Positions 18,449-28,954 of a stretch of 64,000 nucleotides of DNA are shown here, piece after piece. Position numbers and translations under genes: made by a program. The DNA is taken from contig CAWBSX010000004.1 of the NCBI GenBank assembly GCA_963791565.1, positions 372,601-436,600 on the forward strand, given 5' to 3'. Source of the stretch: an uncultured Verrucomicrobiae bacterium. GTDB taxonomy: Bacteria > Verrucomicrobiota > Verrucomicrobiia > Chthoniobacterales > UBA10450. The first letter of the stretch is position 1. Every line of letters starts with the position of its first letter. The notes below the pieces were generated by a model that made no database searches, was not told the DNA's origin, and saw only the letters and a program-made list of their open reading frames with translations.

Positions 18449-20863
18449 ATGGAAACAACCCTTCGCGACATTCGCTATGGCTTGCGCACCCTGCGCAAAA
18501 ATCTCGGCTTCACCGCGGTGGCGGTGGTCGCCCTCATGCTCGGAATCGCGAGCACGACCGTCATCTTCAGCGTGATCAATGGCGTCCTGCTCCGCCCGCT
18601 GCCTTATCCGGACGCGGATCGGATCGTCACCATCTCGCAGACCATCGCCGCTTCGAATATTGCGCGCGGAGCGACAGCGCCGGCGAATTACGTCGATCTG
18701 GCGGCGCAGTCCGATGCCTTCGTCGCCATGGCTGCGTCGCGTGGCTGGCAGGGAAATCTCACCGAGGGCGACATGCCCGAACGTCTGCGCGTGACCATGA
18801 CGACGACGAACTTGTTTCAAGTTTTTGCGAGCGCGCCGATCCTCGGTCGCGGTTTGCAAGCGGCGGATGAACAGCCCGGTCGTTCGAATGTCGCCGTGCT
18901 TAGTCAGGGTTTGTGGGAACGGAAATTCGGGAGCGATCGCAACATCATCGGTCGCGAAATTCGTTTCGATGGCGAACCGCGCACCATCGTTGGCGTGATG
19001 CCGGCCAGTTTTTCACCGGATGATTACGGCGAACTTTGGGTGCCATCGCCTTTCGGTGTGCCAACGCATGCCTTGCGGCCGACGCAAGACCCGCGCCGAA
19101 TGCGCGACAGCAATTATCTCGATGTTTATGCGCGTCTGAAACCGGGCGTGACTTTGCAGCAGGCGCAAACGCAGTTGAGCGCGGTCATGGCGCGTTTGGA
19201 AAAAGATTACCCCGACGACAACATGGGCGAAGGCGTCGCCGTTACGCCGTTGCAGGAAGACAAAGCGGGCAGCATGCGGCCAGCGCTGCTCATGCTGGGC
19301 GCGGCGGTTGGATTTCTTCTTCTGATCGGTTGCGCGAACGTGGCGAACCTGCAGCTGGCGCGCGCGGCAGCGCGGTCACGCGAAGTTTCCATTCGCGCCG
19401 CGCTGGGCGCGGATCGCTCACGACTCGTTAGGCAACTTCTGACCGAAAGTATTTTGCTCGCGCTGATTGGCGGCGCGCTGGGAATTCTGGTCGCGGCCTG
19501 GGCCGTGCCGGTTTTGATGGCGATGGCGCCGCCCGCCTTGACAAGCTTCAAGGAAATTACACTCGATCGCGGCGTGCTCTTGTTCAGCCTGATCATTTCA
19601 TTACTAACTGGCGTGCTCTTCGGGCTGGCACCGGCTTTTCAAGCCTCATCGGCGAATCCGAACGACTCGTTAGGCGAAGGCGAACGCGGCAGCACGGCCA
19701 GTCACAGCCGCAGCCGGTCCGTTCTGATCGCGACGGAAGTTGGACTAACACTGGTCCTGCTCATCGGCGCGGGATTGCTCATCAGAAGTTTCGGGAAGGT
19801 CACCAAAGTCGATCCCGGTTTCACGCCGGAGAACTTACTTGTCTTTGACGTCGGCCTTCCGCCCGCGACGGACGACGCGCACAATCTCGCCTTTTATCAG
19901 CAGGTGGTGGAACGCGTGCAGGCTGTTCCCGGTGTGATGCGCGTCGGCGCGGTCAGCCGGTTGCCGTTCTCCGGCGGTAACAGCGGCCGCTCCTTCAATC
20001 TTCCCGGCAGCGACAAAAACTACGACGCCGACATTCGCGTGAGCACGCCGGATTATTTTCGCACGATGAACATTCCGCTTTTGCGCGGACGCGTCTTTAC
20101 TGAACAGGACACGAAAGATTCTGTGCGCGTTTGTGTGATCAACGACGCCACCGCGCGGATGGCGTTTCCCGGCGAAGATCCGGTCGGCAAATTCGTCGTC
20201 AATTTCGGACCGGACAGCGAGAAGCTGCAGATCATCGGCGTGGTCGGAAACATCCGGCATCTCGCGCTCGACACCGCGCCGCATCCGGAACTCTATCAAC
20301 CACTCGGCCAGGCAAAATGGCCGCGCATGTTCATCGCAATGCGAAGCGCCGTGGGAAATTCGCTCGCGTTATTACCGGCCGCGCAGAACGCGGTCTGGAG
20401 CGTCGATCGCAACGTCGCGCTCGGTAATGTACGCACGATGGAAGACACGATCGCGCGGACGTTGTTGAAGCGAAAATTCACCATGACGCTGCTGACAATT
20501 TTCGCCGGCATCGCCGTCGCGCTCGCCTCGATCGGTTTGTATGGTGTGATGTCGTATTCCGTTTCGCAACGCACGCGTGAGATCGGAATTCGCATGGCGC
20601 TCGGTGCGCAACGTGCGGATGTGCTGCGACTGGTCGTTAGGCAAGGGATGTTACTAACCGCGATTGGCGTCGGGCTTGGGCTGGCCGGTTCGCTTGGCCT
20701 AACGAGACTTATCTCGAGTTTGCTCTTTGGTATCAGCGCGACGGATGTCAGTACCTTCGGCGCGGTTTCGATTTTGCTGCTCGCGATCGCGTTACTGGCC
20801 TGCTGGCTGCCGGCGCGGCGCGCGAGTGGCGTCGATCCGATGGTGGCGCTACGAGCGGAGTAA
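18449..20863 (+). CDS. ADOP-family duplicated FtsX permease, copy 4
   Basis: 804 aa, METTLRDIRYGLRTLRKNLGFTAVAVVALMLGIASTTVIFSVI. The 18-nt spacer from copy 3 contains a copy of the 11-mer word. Confidence 0.85.
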   Translation: METTLRDIRYGLRTLRKNLGFTAVAVVALMLGIASTTVIFSVINGVLLRPLPYPDADRIVTISQTIAASNIARGATAPANYVDLAAQSDAFVAMAASRGWQGNLTEGDMPERLRVTMTTTNLFQVFASAPILGRGLQAADEQPGRSNVAVLSQGLWERKFGSDRNIIGREIRFDGEPRTIVGVMPASFSPDDYGELWVPSPFGVPTHALRPTQDPRRMRDSNYLDVYARLKPGVTLQQAQTQLSAVMARLEKDYPDDNMGEGVAVTPLQEDKAGSMRPALLMLGAAVGFLLLIGCANVANLQLARAAARSREVSIRAALGADRSRLVRQLLTESILLALIGGALGILVAAWAVPVLMAMAPPALTSFKEITLDRGVLLFSLIISLLTGVLFGLAPAFQASSANPNDSLGEGERGSTASHSRSRSVLIATEVGLTLVLLIGAGLLIRSFGKVTKVDPGFTPENLLVFDVGLPPATDDAHNLAFYQQVVERVQAVPGVMRVGAVSRLPFSGGNSGRSFNLPGSDKNYDADIRVSTPDYFRTMNIPLLRGRVFTEQDTKDSVRVCVINDATARMAFPGEDPVGKFVVNFGPDSEKLQIIGVVGNIRHLALDTAPHPELYQPLGQAKWPRMFIAMRSAVGNSLALLPAAQNAVWSVDRNVALGNVRTMEDTIARTLLKRKFTMTLLTIFAGIAVALASIGLYGVMSYSVSQRTREIGIRMALGAQRADVLRLVVRQGMLLTAIGVGLGLAGSLGLTRLISSLLFGISATDVSTFGAVSILLLAIALLACWLPARRASGVDPMVALRAE

Positions 20864-20880
20864 ACGTTCCAAGCGCTTGC

Positions 20881-20966
20881 GTTGTAGCGACGCCGCTCTG
20901 TCGGCGTAAGAACCTTTTGCCTGCAATCCGCGCGTGTGACGGCGATAGAGCGCCGTCGCTACAACA
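20881..20966. terminator. long imperfect inverted repeat between the convergent ADOP4 and phosphoesterase genes (possible bidirectional terminator)
   Basis: Arm GTTGTAGCGACGCCGCTCTGTCGGCG... (20881-20907) pairs with ...GCGATAGAGCGCCGTCGCTACAAC (20939-20966). There is a 12-bp perfect core and a ~30-nt loop. No clear U-tract. Confidence 0.35.
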
Positions 20967-20971
20967 TCTGC

Positions 20972-21424
20972 CTAACGAGTCAGTTGTAAACGCCAGTTGA
21001 GCTTGCCGTCGGCGGCGATGTCGAGATAAGCGACGCTGGCCGGCGCGCCACGATTCGGCCGCGTCACGCATCCGGGATTAAGGAATAAGACATCGTGAAC
21101 ACGCTCGTACCGCGGTACGTGCGTGTGACCATGCAGAACGACGTCGACATTTTTCGGCGAGTCGTCAGGCGGAATATGAACAAGGCGAAAGCAGAGTCCG
21201 TTTCGTTTCAGAAGAACAACGAGAGGCCACTCGGTCTCACTGTCGCAATTTCCCCGGACAAGCGTCAGCGGCGGCCCGGCAGCGCGAATTTCCTCAAGCA
21301 AGCTCGGCGCGCAGACATCGCCGAGATGCCAGATTTCATCCACGTCGTCGGCCAATCGATTGAAGTTCGGCGGCAGATGATTGTGCGTGTCGGCCATGAC
21401 CAGGACGCGAATCGATTTTCCCAT
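20972..21424 (-). CDS. metallophosphoesterase (YfcE/MJ0936-like phosphodiesterase)
   Basis: VMADTHNHLPPNF...GDVCAPS...VRGNCD...GHTHVP. Confidence 0.8.
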   Translation of the reverse strand: MGKSIRVLVMADTHNHLPPNFNRLADDVDEIWHLGDVCAPSLLEEIRAAGPPLTLVRGNCDSETEWPLVVLLKRNGLCFRLVHIPPDDSPKNVDVVLHGHTHVPRYERVHDVLFLNPGCVTRPNRGAPASVAYLDIAADGKLNWRLQLTR

Positions 21425-21459
21425 GTGCGCAGTATCTGTATCGGCGTAAGCTTCGGCCA

Positions 21460-22677
21460 GTGTCTTTCCGTGATTTTGGCCTTTCTGATGAAGTCGTGCG
21501 CGGCACGCAAGCGATGGGATTTACTGATCCCACGCCGATCCAGCTGCGTGCGTTTCCCATCGTCCTCGCCGGTAAAGATTTGATCGGCACCGCGCAAACC
21601 GGCACGGGCAAGACGGCGGCGTTTGCCTTGCCCATTTTGACGAACCTTTCGCGACACGGTGCGTTTCGTTGTTTGGTTTTGGAACCGACGCGCGAATTGG
21701 CGGCACAAGTCGAGACGGCTTTTCGCGATTACGGACGCTTCACCAATTTGTTGGCCTCGTTAGTCCACGGCGGTGTCGGCTACGGCAAGCAACGCGAAGA
21801 AGCCGCGCGCGGCAGCGACATCGTGGTCGCGACGCCCGGCCGTCTGCTCGATCATTTACAGCAAGGCACGATGCGCCTCGACAAGGTAAATGTCCTCGTG
21901 CTCGACGAAGTCGATCGCATGCTCGACATGGGATTTCTGCCGGACGTACGCCGGATCGTGGAAAAGATTTCCACCGATCGACAGACGCTTTTGTTTTCCG
22001 CCACTCTGCCGCCAGAGATCGAACGCCTCGCTTCCTGGGTGCTACGCGATCCGGAGACGGTCGAGATCGGCGCACAGCGTTCGCCCGCGGAAACCGTGAC
22101 GCACGCAGTCTATCCCGTCGCAGCGGAACAGAAATTCGAACTGCTCATGGCGTTGCTCGAGCGAACGAATTTCGATAGCGCGCTGATTTTTTCGCGCACC
22201 AAACATGGCGCCGACAAGATCGCGGTGAAGCTGAAGGCGGGCCGGCATTCCGTAGCGGTGCTGCATTCGAATCGCACGCAGCGCGAACGCGTCGAAGCGC
22301 TCGACGGTTTTAAGAGCGGCAAATACGAAATCATGGTCGCGACCGACATCGCGGCCCGCGGCATTGACGTCGCCGGCGTGAGTCACGTGATCAATTACGA
22401 TGTGCCGGAGCATCCGGAAGATTACGTCCATCGGATCGGCCGAACCGGGCGCGCGCAAAAAGTGGGCGACGCATTCACGCTGATGAATGGTGAGGAAGTC
22501 GGATCGTTGCAGGCGATCGAGCGTTTCATCGGCGCGAAAATTCCGCGCCTGAAGCTGGACAATTTCGCCTATAAATATACGGCGCTTTTCGAGCCGGAAT
22601 CGATGAGCGGCGGCAAACGCGCCATCGGCGGGGGGCGCACCCACGGCGGATATTCCTACGGCCGGCGGCGACGATAG
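21460..22677 (+). CDS. DEAD-box ATP-dependent RNA helicase
   Basis: Motif I AQTGTGKT, Ia PTRELA, II DEVD, III SAT, VI HRIGRTGRAG, and a Q-motif region (TPIQ). Confidence 0.9.
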   Translation: MSFRDFGLSDEVVRGTQAMGFTDPTPIQLRAFPIVLAGKDLIGTAQTGTGKTAAFALPILTNLSRHGAFRCLVLEPTRELAAQVETAFRDYGRFTNLLASLVHGGVGYGKQREEAARGSDIVVATPGRLLDHLQQGTMRLDKVNVLVLDEVDRMLDMGFLPDVRRIVEKISTDRQTLLFSATLPPEIERLASWVLRDPETVEIGAQRSPAETVTHAVYPVAAEQKFELLMALLERTNFDSALIFSRTKHGADKIAVKLKAGRHSVAVLHSNRTQRERVEALDGFKSGKYEIMVATDIAARGIDVAGVSHVINYDVPEHPEDYVHRIGRTGRAQKVGDAFTLMNGEEVGSLQAIERFIGAKIPRLKLDNFAYKYTALFEPESMSGGKRAIGGGRTHGGYSYGRRRR

Positions 22678-22734
22678 ACAGAAGCTTGCTCAAGACGCGC
22701 GCGTTTCATAAAGTCGACGCGGCGGACGCATCGC

Positions 22735-24126
22735 ATGTCACTCGTTTTCGAACGTTTTCAGACAGAAGGAATCGCAGAACTCTCTTACTTGTTAGGCGAT
22801 GACGATGAAGGCATCGCCGCTGTGTTTGATCCGACGCCGGATGTCGACAAGTACATAGAACTGGCGCGAGAGAAGGGCGTTTCGATCACGCACATTTTCG
22901 AAACGCACATTCACGCCGATTTGGTGAGCGGCGCGCGCGAGCTCTGCGCACGAGTGGATTCCGCAAAAATTTATGTGAGCCACGAAGCCGGCGCGAAATA
23001 CGGCTTTGAAACGGAGAAGCTGCACGACGGCGATTCGTTTTCATTTGGCGACACACTTGTGACCGTGCGTCACACACCAGGCCACACGCCCGAACATATC
23101 AGTTTCGAGATGGCGGAATCGGCAACGCCGGAGAAACCGTGGGGCGTGCTGACCGGCGATTCGCTTTTCGTTAACTCAGCAGGTCGGCCTGACTTGTTAG
23201 GCAATTCGATGACCAAACAACTGGCGGCGCAGCAATTCAAAACGTTGCGCGAATATTTTCTCGAGCTGGCCGATAGCGTCATGATTCATCCGGGACACGG
23301 CGCGGGTTCGCCTTGCGGCGCGGATATCGGCGATCGCTTGCAAAGCACGATCGGCTACGAGCGCCTAACGAATCCTTTTCTGCAATTCGATGACGTGGAG
23401 AAGTTCACCGACTTCGCAATCGAGACTGCGCCACCGGTTCCAACTTACTACCCGCGGATGAAAAAAGTGAACGCGGAGGGGCCGGAGATCATCGGAAATT
23501 TGCCGAAGGTCGCCGCGGTTCCAGCGAAGGCATTTAAGAAGGCGATCGAAGAGAAAAAAGGTGTGTTGGTCGATACGCGCTCGATGCTCGCCTTCGGCGG
23601 CGGACATATTCCGGGTGCGCTGAACATCGGCGGCTCGCCATCGCTTTCGATCTGGGCCGGCTGGCTGCTTGATCCGGCGCAGCCAATCCTGCTCGTACTG
23701 GATAAGAACAACGCGCTCGAAGATGTGTTGAAGCTTTTCATTCGCACCGGCTACACAAAATTCGCCGGTTATCTCGTCGGCGGAATTCAGGCCTGGGAAG
23801 CGGAGGGATTTCCGCTCGAGCAAATTCCGCAATTGAGCGTGCACGAGATTCAAAAAAACGGCCGCGGCCTGCAGCTTCTCGACGTGCGGGGTCCGGGCGA
23901 ATGGAAGAAAGGTCACATCCCCGGCGCGCAACATTTCTTCCTCCCGCAATTGCGCGAGAAAAGTTCCGCGCTCGATAAATCGAAGCCGACTGCGGTTTAT
24001 TGTGCAAGCGGTTATCGCGCGAGTCTCGCGGCCAGCATTTTGAAACAGGAAGGTTTCACCGACGTGCGCAACGTGCCCGGCAGCTGGCACGCGTGGAGGA
24101 AGGCCGGTTTCCCGGTCGAGAAGTAA
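22735..24126 (+). CDS. MBL-fold hydrolase fused to two rhodanese domains (CstB/persulfide-dioxygenase-like sulfurtransferase fusion)
   Basis: N-terminal MBL motif [11 protein letters not shown], then two rhodanese modules. The second carries the active-site loop YCASGYRAS (CxxGxR). Confidence 0.75.
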   Translation: MSLVFERFQTEGIAELSYLLGDDDEGIAAVFDPTPDVDKYIELAREKGVSITHIFETHIHADLVSGARELCARVDSAKIYVSHEAGAKYGFETEKLHDGDSFSFGDTLVTVRHTPGHTPEHISFEMAESATPEKPWGVLTGDSLFVNSAGRPDLLGNSMTKQLAAQQFKTLREYFLELADSVMIHPGHGAGSPCGADIGDRLQSTIGYERLTNPFLQFDDVEKFTDFAIETAPPVPTYYPRMKKVNAEGPEIIGNLPKVAAVPAKAFKKAIEEKKGVLVDTRSMLAFGGGHIPGALNIGGSPSLSIWAGWLLDPAQPILLVLDKNNALEDVLKLFIRTGYTKFAGYLVGGIQAWEAEGFPLEQIPQLSVHEIQKNGRGLQLLDVRGPGEWKKGHIPGAQHFFLPQLREKSSALDKSKPTAVYCASGYRASLAASILKQEGFTDVRNVPGSWHAWRKAGFPVEK

Positions 24127-24163
24127 GCTTGCCGCGACGCGAAAGCGGATAGAACATTTCCGC

Positions 24164-25024
24164 ATGGCCACAAACTCCTACGCACATCCAGAAGCCTTGG
24201 TGGACGCGGACTGGCTTGAAAAACATCGCAACGACGAAGGGATCCGCATCGTCGAGTCCAACGAAGACATCCTCCTTTACGACAACGGTCACATTCCCGG
24301 CGCCGTGCATATTGATTGGCGGACCGATCTTCAAGATCCGATCATTCGCGATTACATCACACCCGATAAGTTCGCCGAGCTATGCAGTCGCAATGGCATT
24401 ACGCCCGACACGACGTGCATCTTTTACGGCGACAAAGCGAACTGGTGGGCCTGCTACGCGCTGTGGGCTTTCCGCTTGTTCGGTCACGAGAAGGTAAAAA
24501 TCCTCAACGGCGGCCGCGACAAATGGAAAGCGGAAGGCCGGGAGATGACGCGGGAAGTTCCGAAGTATGCGCGCGCAAATTATCCGGTGCCGAAGAAACG
24601 TTACGACAAAGAGATTCGCGCTTTCGCCGATGAAGCACTCGCGCAGAGCAAGGCGGGTAAGCCGATGATCGATGTGCGTTCGCCTGGCGAATTCAAGGGC
24701 GAGATCACGCACATGCCCGAGTATCCGCAGGAGGGCGTACTGCGCGGCGGTCACATTCCCGGCGCGAAAAGCGTGCCCTGGAAAACGGCGACGAACGACG
24801 ACAGCACATTCAAATCCGCCGCGGAGCTGGAGAAAATCTACAAAGAGAACTGCGGCGTATCGTCCGACAAAGAAACGATCGTCTATTGCCGAATCGGGGA
24901 ACGTTCGAGTCACACCTGGTTCGTCCTCACGTATCTGCTTGGGATTGATAACGTGCGGAATTACGACGGCTCGTGGACGGAGTGGGGCAATAAAGTCGGC
25001 GCGCCAATCGAACGGAGCGCGTAA
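24164..25024 (+). CDS. thiosulfate/3-mercaptopyruvate sulfurtransferase (two-domain rhodanese, SseA-like)
   Basis: Tandem rhodanese domains with the catalytic loop YCRIGERSS in the C-terminal domain. Confidence 0.8.
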   Translation: MATNSYAHPEALVDADWLEKHRNDEGIRIVESNEDILLYDNGHIPGAVHIDWRTDLQDPIIRDYITPDKFAELCSRNGITPDTTCIFYGDKANWWACYALWAFRLFGHEKVKILNGGRDKWKAEGREMTREVPKYARANYPVPKKRYDKEIRAFADEALAQSKAGKPMIDVRSPGEFKGEITHMPEYPQEGVLRGGHIPGAKSVPWKTATNDDSTFKSAAELEKIYKENCGVSSDKETIVYCRIGERSSHTWFVLTYLLGIDNVRNYDGSWTEWGNKVGAPIERSA

Positions 25025-25032
25025 GATTCTGC

Positions 25033-25488
25033 GTGTACCCGCCGAAACTCGATAAGATCATCCATCTCTTCGAAACGCTGCCGGAAGTGGAGCGGCGTGA
25101 GACGCTCGTTTCCTATGCCGACGGCGCGAAGAAGCAGGAACCGCGGCCTAACGAGAAGTTCGATCTCGAAGATATCCGCAAAGATGAGGAATGCGCCGAT
25201 ACCGTCGGCGTTTATTTACAGGTCGATGACGAAGGCAAAGCGCACTTCCGGATGTCGCTCGGACCGGAAGTGCAAACGCTGACACGCGCGATGACCTCGA
25301 TTCTTTGCAAAGGCCTCGACGGCGCGACGCCGCAGGAAGTTCTCGATCTGCCGAGCGATTTCGTTACGCGCATTGTCGGCGCCGAACTCGTGCGCGTGCG
25401 CAGCCAAACGACTTACTACATTCTCACCCGCATGAAGGGCATCTGTAAGGTTTATCTTGATCGGCAGCGCAAGATGGCCGCGGCTTAA
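25033..25488 (+). CDS. SufE-like sulfur acceptor protein
   Basis: 151 aa. Conserved Cys in DEECADTVGVYL, aligning with the GCQSQVW region of SufE. C-terminal KGLDGATPQEVL...RSQTTYYILTRMK resembles the SufE family. Confidence 0.55.
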   Translation: MYPPKLDKIIHLFETLPEVERRETLVSYADGAKKQEPRPNEKFDLEDIRKDEECADTVGVYLQVDDEGKAHFRMSLGPEVQTLTRAMTSILCKGLDGATPQEVLDLPSDFVTRIVGAELVRVRSQTTYYILTRMKGICKVYLDRQRKMAAA

Positions 25489-25539
25489 TCGGCTTTCGCT
25501 CGTGACGCGCTGAGGTTTTCGCCTACAGTTCGCGCGCCC

Positions 25540-28500
25540 ATGCCGCGGAACAACGAGCTGCGAAAAATTCTCCTCATCGGCTCCGGCCCGATCGTGATCG
25601 GGCAGGGCTGCGAGTTCGATTATTCCGGCGTGCAGGCCTGCAAGGCTTTGCAGGAAGAGGGCTACGAGGTCGTGCTGGTGAACTCGAACCCGGCTACCAT
25701 CATGACCGATCCGGAATTCGCGGACCGCACTTACATCGAGCCGATCACGCCGGAAGTGATCGAAGCGATTCTCGAGCGCGAAAAGCCGGACGCGATTCTG
25801 CCAACAATGGGCGGCCAAACCGCGCTCAACGCCGCGATGGAATTGAATCGCAACGGCGCGCTCGCTAGGCACGGCGTGAAATTGATCGGCGCGAACGCGC
25901 AGGCCATCGCGAAAGGCGAAGATCGCCAGCTTTTCAAGGAAGCGATGTTGCGCATCGGTCTCGACGTTCCGCGCTCCGGCATCGCGCACAATCGCTCGCC
26001 GATGCGAACCGCGTCGCGGACACGATCGGAACTTTTCCGCTCATCATTCGACCCGCTTTCACGCTCGGCGGCACCGGCGGCGGCATCGCCTACAATCGCG
26101 AAGAGCTCGAGGAAATCGCCGAGCGCGGGCTCGCGCTTTCGCCGGTCACGCGAAGTCTTGATCGAGGAGTCGCTCGTCGGCTGGAAGGAATTCGAGATGG
26201 AAGTGATGCGCGACCACGCCGACAACTGCGTAGTCGTTTGCTCGATCGAAAACTTCGATCCGATGGGCGTGCACACCGGCGACTCGATCACTGTCGCGCC
26301 GGCGCAAACGCTGACCGATCGCGAATATCAATTGATGCGCGACGCGTCGTTCGCCGTGATTCGCGAGATCGGCGTGGAGACCGGCGGATCGAACATTCAG
26401 TTCGCCGTCAATCCGGACAACGGCCGCATGGTGGTGATCGAAATGAATCCGCGCGTCTCGCGTTCGAGCGCGCTCGCTTCGAAAGCCACCGGATTTCCCA
26501 TCGCGAAAATCGCCGCCAAACTCGCGGTCGGCTACACGCTCGACGAAATCAAGAACGACATCACGCGCGAAACGCCGGCGAGCTTCGAGCCAACGATCGA
26601 CTACTGCGTGGTCAAAGTTCCGCGCTTCACTTTCGAAAAATTTCCGCACGCCGACCCGACTCTAACGACGCAGATGAAGAGCGTCGGCGAAGCGATGGCG
26701 ATCGGCCGCACTTTCAAGGAGGCGCTGCAAAAAGCGCTGCGTTCACTCGAGATCAAGCGCTTCGGTCTGTGCGGCGACGGCGAAGGAAAAGCGCGTCGAT
26801 CCCGAAACATTGCGTCTCAAGCTCGCCATTCCGAATGCCGAGCGCATTTTCCATCTCGCGCAGGCGTTCCAGGACGGCATGCGATCGACGACGTCTTCGA
26901 GCTGACGAAAATCGACCGCTGGTTCCTGCACAATGTCGAGCAGATCGTGTAGGGCAGAACTGCACAGCTGGCAATCGATCGACTTGCGCCGAGCGAAGAA
27001 GCTCGGATTTTCCGATCGGCAACTGGCGATCGCGCACGGAACTTGAAAGAACAGACGATTCGCGCAACGGCGGAAAGCAGCAGAAAGTCATCCCCACTTA
27101 CCGACTGGTCGATACCTGCGCGGCGGAGTTCGAAGCGTTCACGCCGTATTACTATTCCACCTACGGGATCGAGAACGAGATGCGCCGCGACGCGAACGGC
27201 GCAAGATCATGATTCTCGGCGGCGGGCCGAATCGCATCGGGCAGGGAATTGAATTCGATTACTGCTGCGTGCACGCGGCTTTCGCGCTGCGCGAACTCGG
27301 ATTCGAAACCATCATGGTGAACTCGAATCCGGAAACGGTTTCGACCGATTACGACACGAGCGACAAACTCTATTTCGAGCCGCTCACGCTCGAAGACGTG
27401 CTCAATATTTACGATCAGGAAAAGCCGGAAGGTGTGATCGTGCAGTTCGGCGGACAAACGCCGCTGAATCTCGCGGCCGGTTTGCGCGCGGCCGGCGTTC
27501 CGATTCTCGGGACGCAACCGGAGAGCATCGAGATGGCGGAAGACCGCAAGCTTTTCGCCGCGATGCTGGACAAGCTCGGTTTGCGGCAAACGCCGAGCGG
27601 ATCGGCGGTGAGCGCCGACGGAAGCGATAGCGATCGCGGAACGAATCGGTTATCCAGTGCTCGTTAGGCCGTCGTTCGTCCTGGGCGGTCGCGCGATGGA
27701 ACTGGTTTACAACGACGACAGATCTCGAGCGTTACATGCAGAGCGCGATCGAGGTCAGCTCGGATCGGCCGGTCTTGGTCGATCGGTTTCTCGAAGACGC
27801 GATCGAGGTCGACGTCGATTGCATCGCTGATGGTGAGACTAGCCGTGATCGGCGCGATCATGGAGCACGTCGCAGCTCGCCGGCATTCATAGCGGGGACA
27901 GCGCCTGCGCCATCCCGACTTTTTCGCTCTCGACAAAACGTGCTCGACGGAAATCTCGCGCGCGACGAAGGCGATGGCGCGCGAGCTCGAACGTGCGCGG
28001 GCTGATGAATGTGCAATTCGCGGTGAAAGGCGACGACGTCTACGTGCTCGAAGTGAATCCGCGCGCCTCGCGCACCGCGCCGTTTGTCAGCAAAGCGATC
28101 GGCGTTCCGTTCGCAAAACTCGCCGCCAAAGTGATGACGGGAAAGACGTTGAGCGAACTCGGCTTCACCAAAGAAATTATTCCGAAACATTTTTCGGTGA
28201 AGGAACCGGTCTTTCCTTTCCTGCGTTATCAAGGAAGCGACACTGCGCCTGGGCCCGGAAATGAAATCTACCGGCGAAGTGATGGGCATCGATGCCGATC
28301 TCGGTCTTGCTTACGCCAAGGCGCAGATGGCCGCGCCGCCGCCCTGCCGAAGATCAGGAAATGTTTTCATCAGCGTGAAAGATTCGGACAAGGAAAGCGT
28401 CGTGCCATTGGCGCGTGATTACATCGCGCTCGGTTTCGGGATTATCGCGACCAGCGGAACGGCGGCGATGTTGGCCGCGGTCGGAATTCCAGTGCACCAG

Positions 28501-28750
28501 CGTTTTCAAATTACGCGAAGGCCGGCCGAACGTGCTCGATCGGATCAAGAACGGCGACATGCAGTTGATCATCAATACGCCGAGCGGAAAAATTCCACGC
28601 GAAGATGAAATCAAAATGCGCAGCGGCGCGCGCACATTGAAAATTCCGATCATCACGACGATGCGCGCGGCGCAGGCCAGCGTACACGGCATTGCTTCAC
28701 TGCAGAAAAGCAGTCTGCAGGTTAAGACGTTGCAGGAATATCACCTGTAA
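25540..28750 (+). pseudogene. carB: carbamoyl-phosphate synthase large subunit (carB) disrupted by at least 12 single-nucleotide frameshifts
   Basis: All CarB segments are present and colinear in three alternating frames. These include [30 protein letters not shown]..., [54 protein letters not shown]..., [24 protein letters not shown]..., [20 protein letters not shown]..., [47 protein letters not shown]..., EMKSTGEVMGIDADLGLAYAKAQ... and ...LIINTPSGKIPREDEIKMRSGARTLKIPIITTM. The frame switches near 25990, 26152, 26795, 26885, 26955-27210 (about 4), 27625, 27717, 27850-28010 (about 3), 28240, 28345 and 28495. No large deletions. Confidence 0.85.
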
Positions 28751-28954
28751 ACCCTACCATGCGCCGCCGCTGCAACCGCGCATGAGGACGAGCAAAATAA
28801 TCGTGCCGATAATTGAAACGACGATCGAGCCAAGACAGCCCATGCGGGAGGAAAAGAAAGCGAACATCGCCGCGGAAACGATGGTGGCGAGCGCATCAGC
28901 TGTGTGAAACGCAAAACGCGTGACACCGCGCGCGCTTCGTGTGACAGGTCTCGG

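Noticed and set aside
25489-25540. An expected carA upstream of carB
   Set aside because: It is not present. carB is preceded directly by the SufE-like gene, so the small subunit must be encoded elsewhere (if at all).
28754-28900. A short minus-strand ORF with a hydrophobic C-terminus (…MGCLGSIVVSIIGTIILLVLMRGCSGGAW) between carB and the PPIase gene
   Set aside because: It could be a small membrane peptide. But it has no clear start or RBS, no family match that I can recall, and it lies in a 200-bp spacer that may simply hold the PPIase promoter. Left unannotated.
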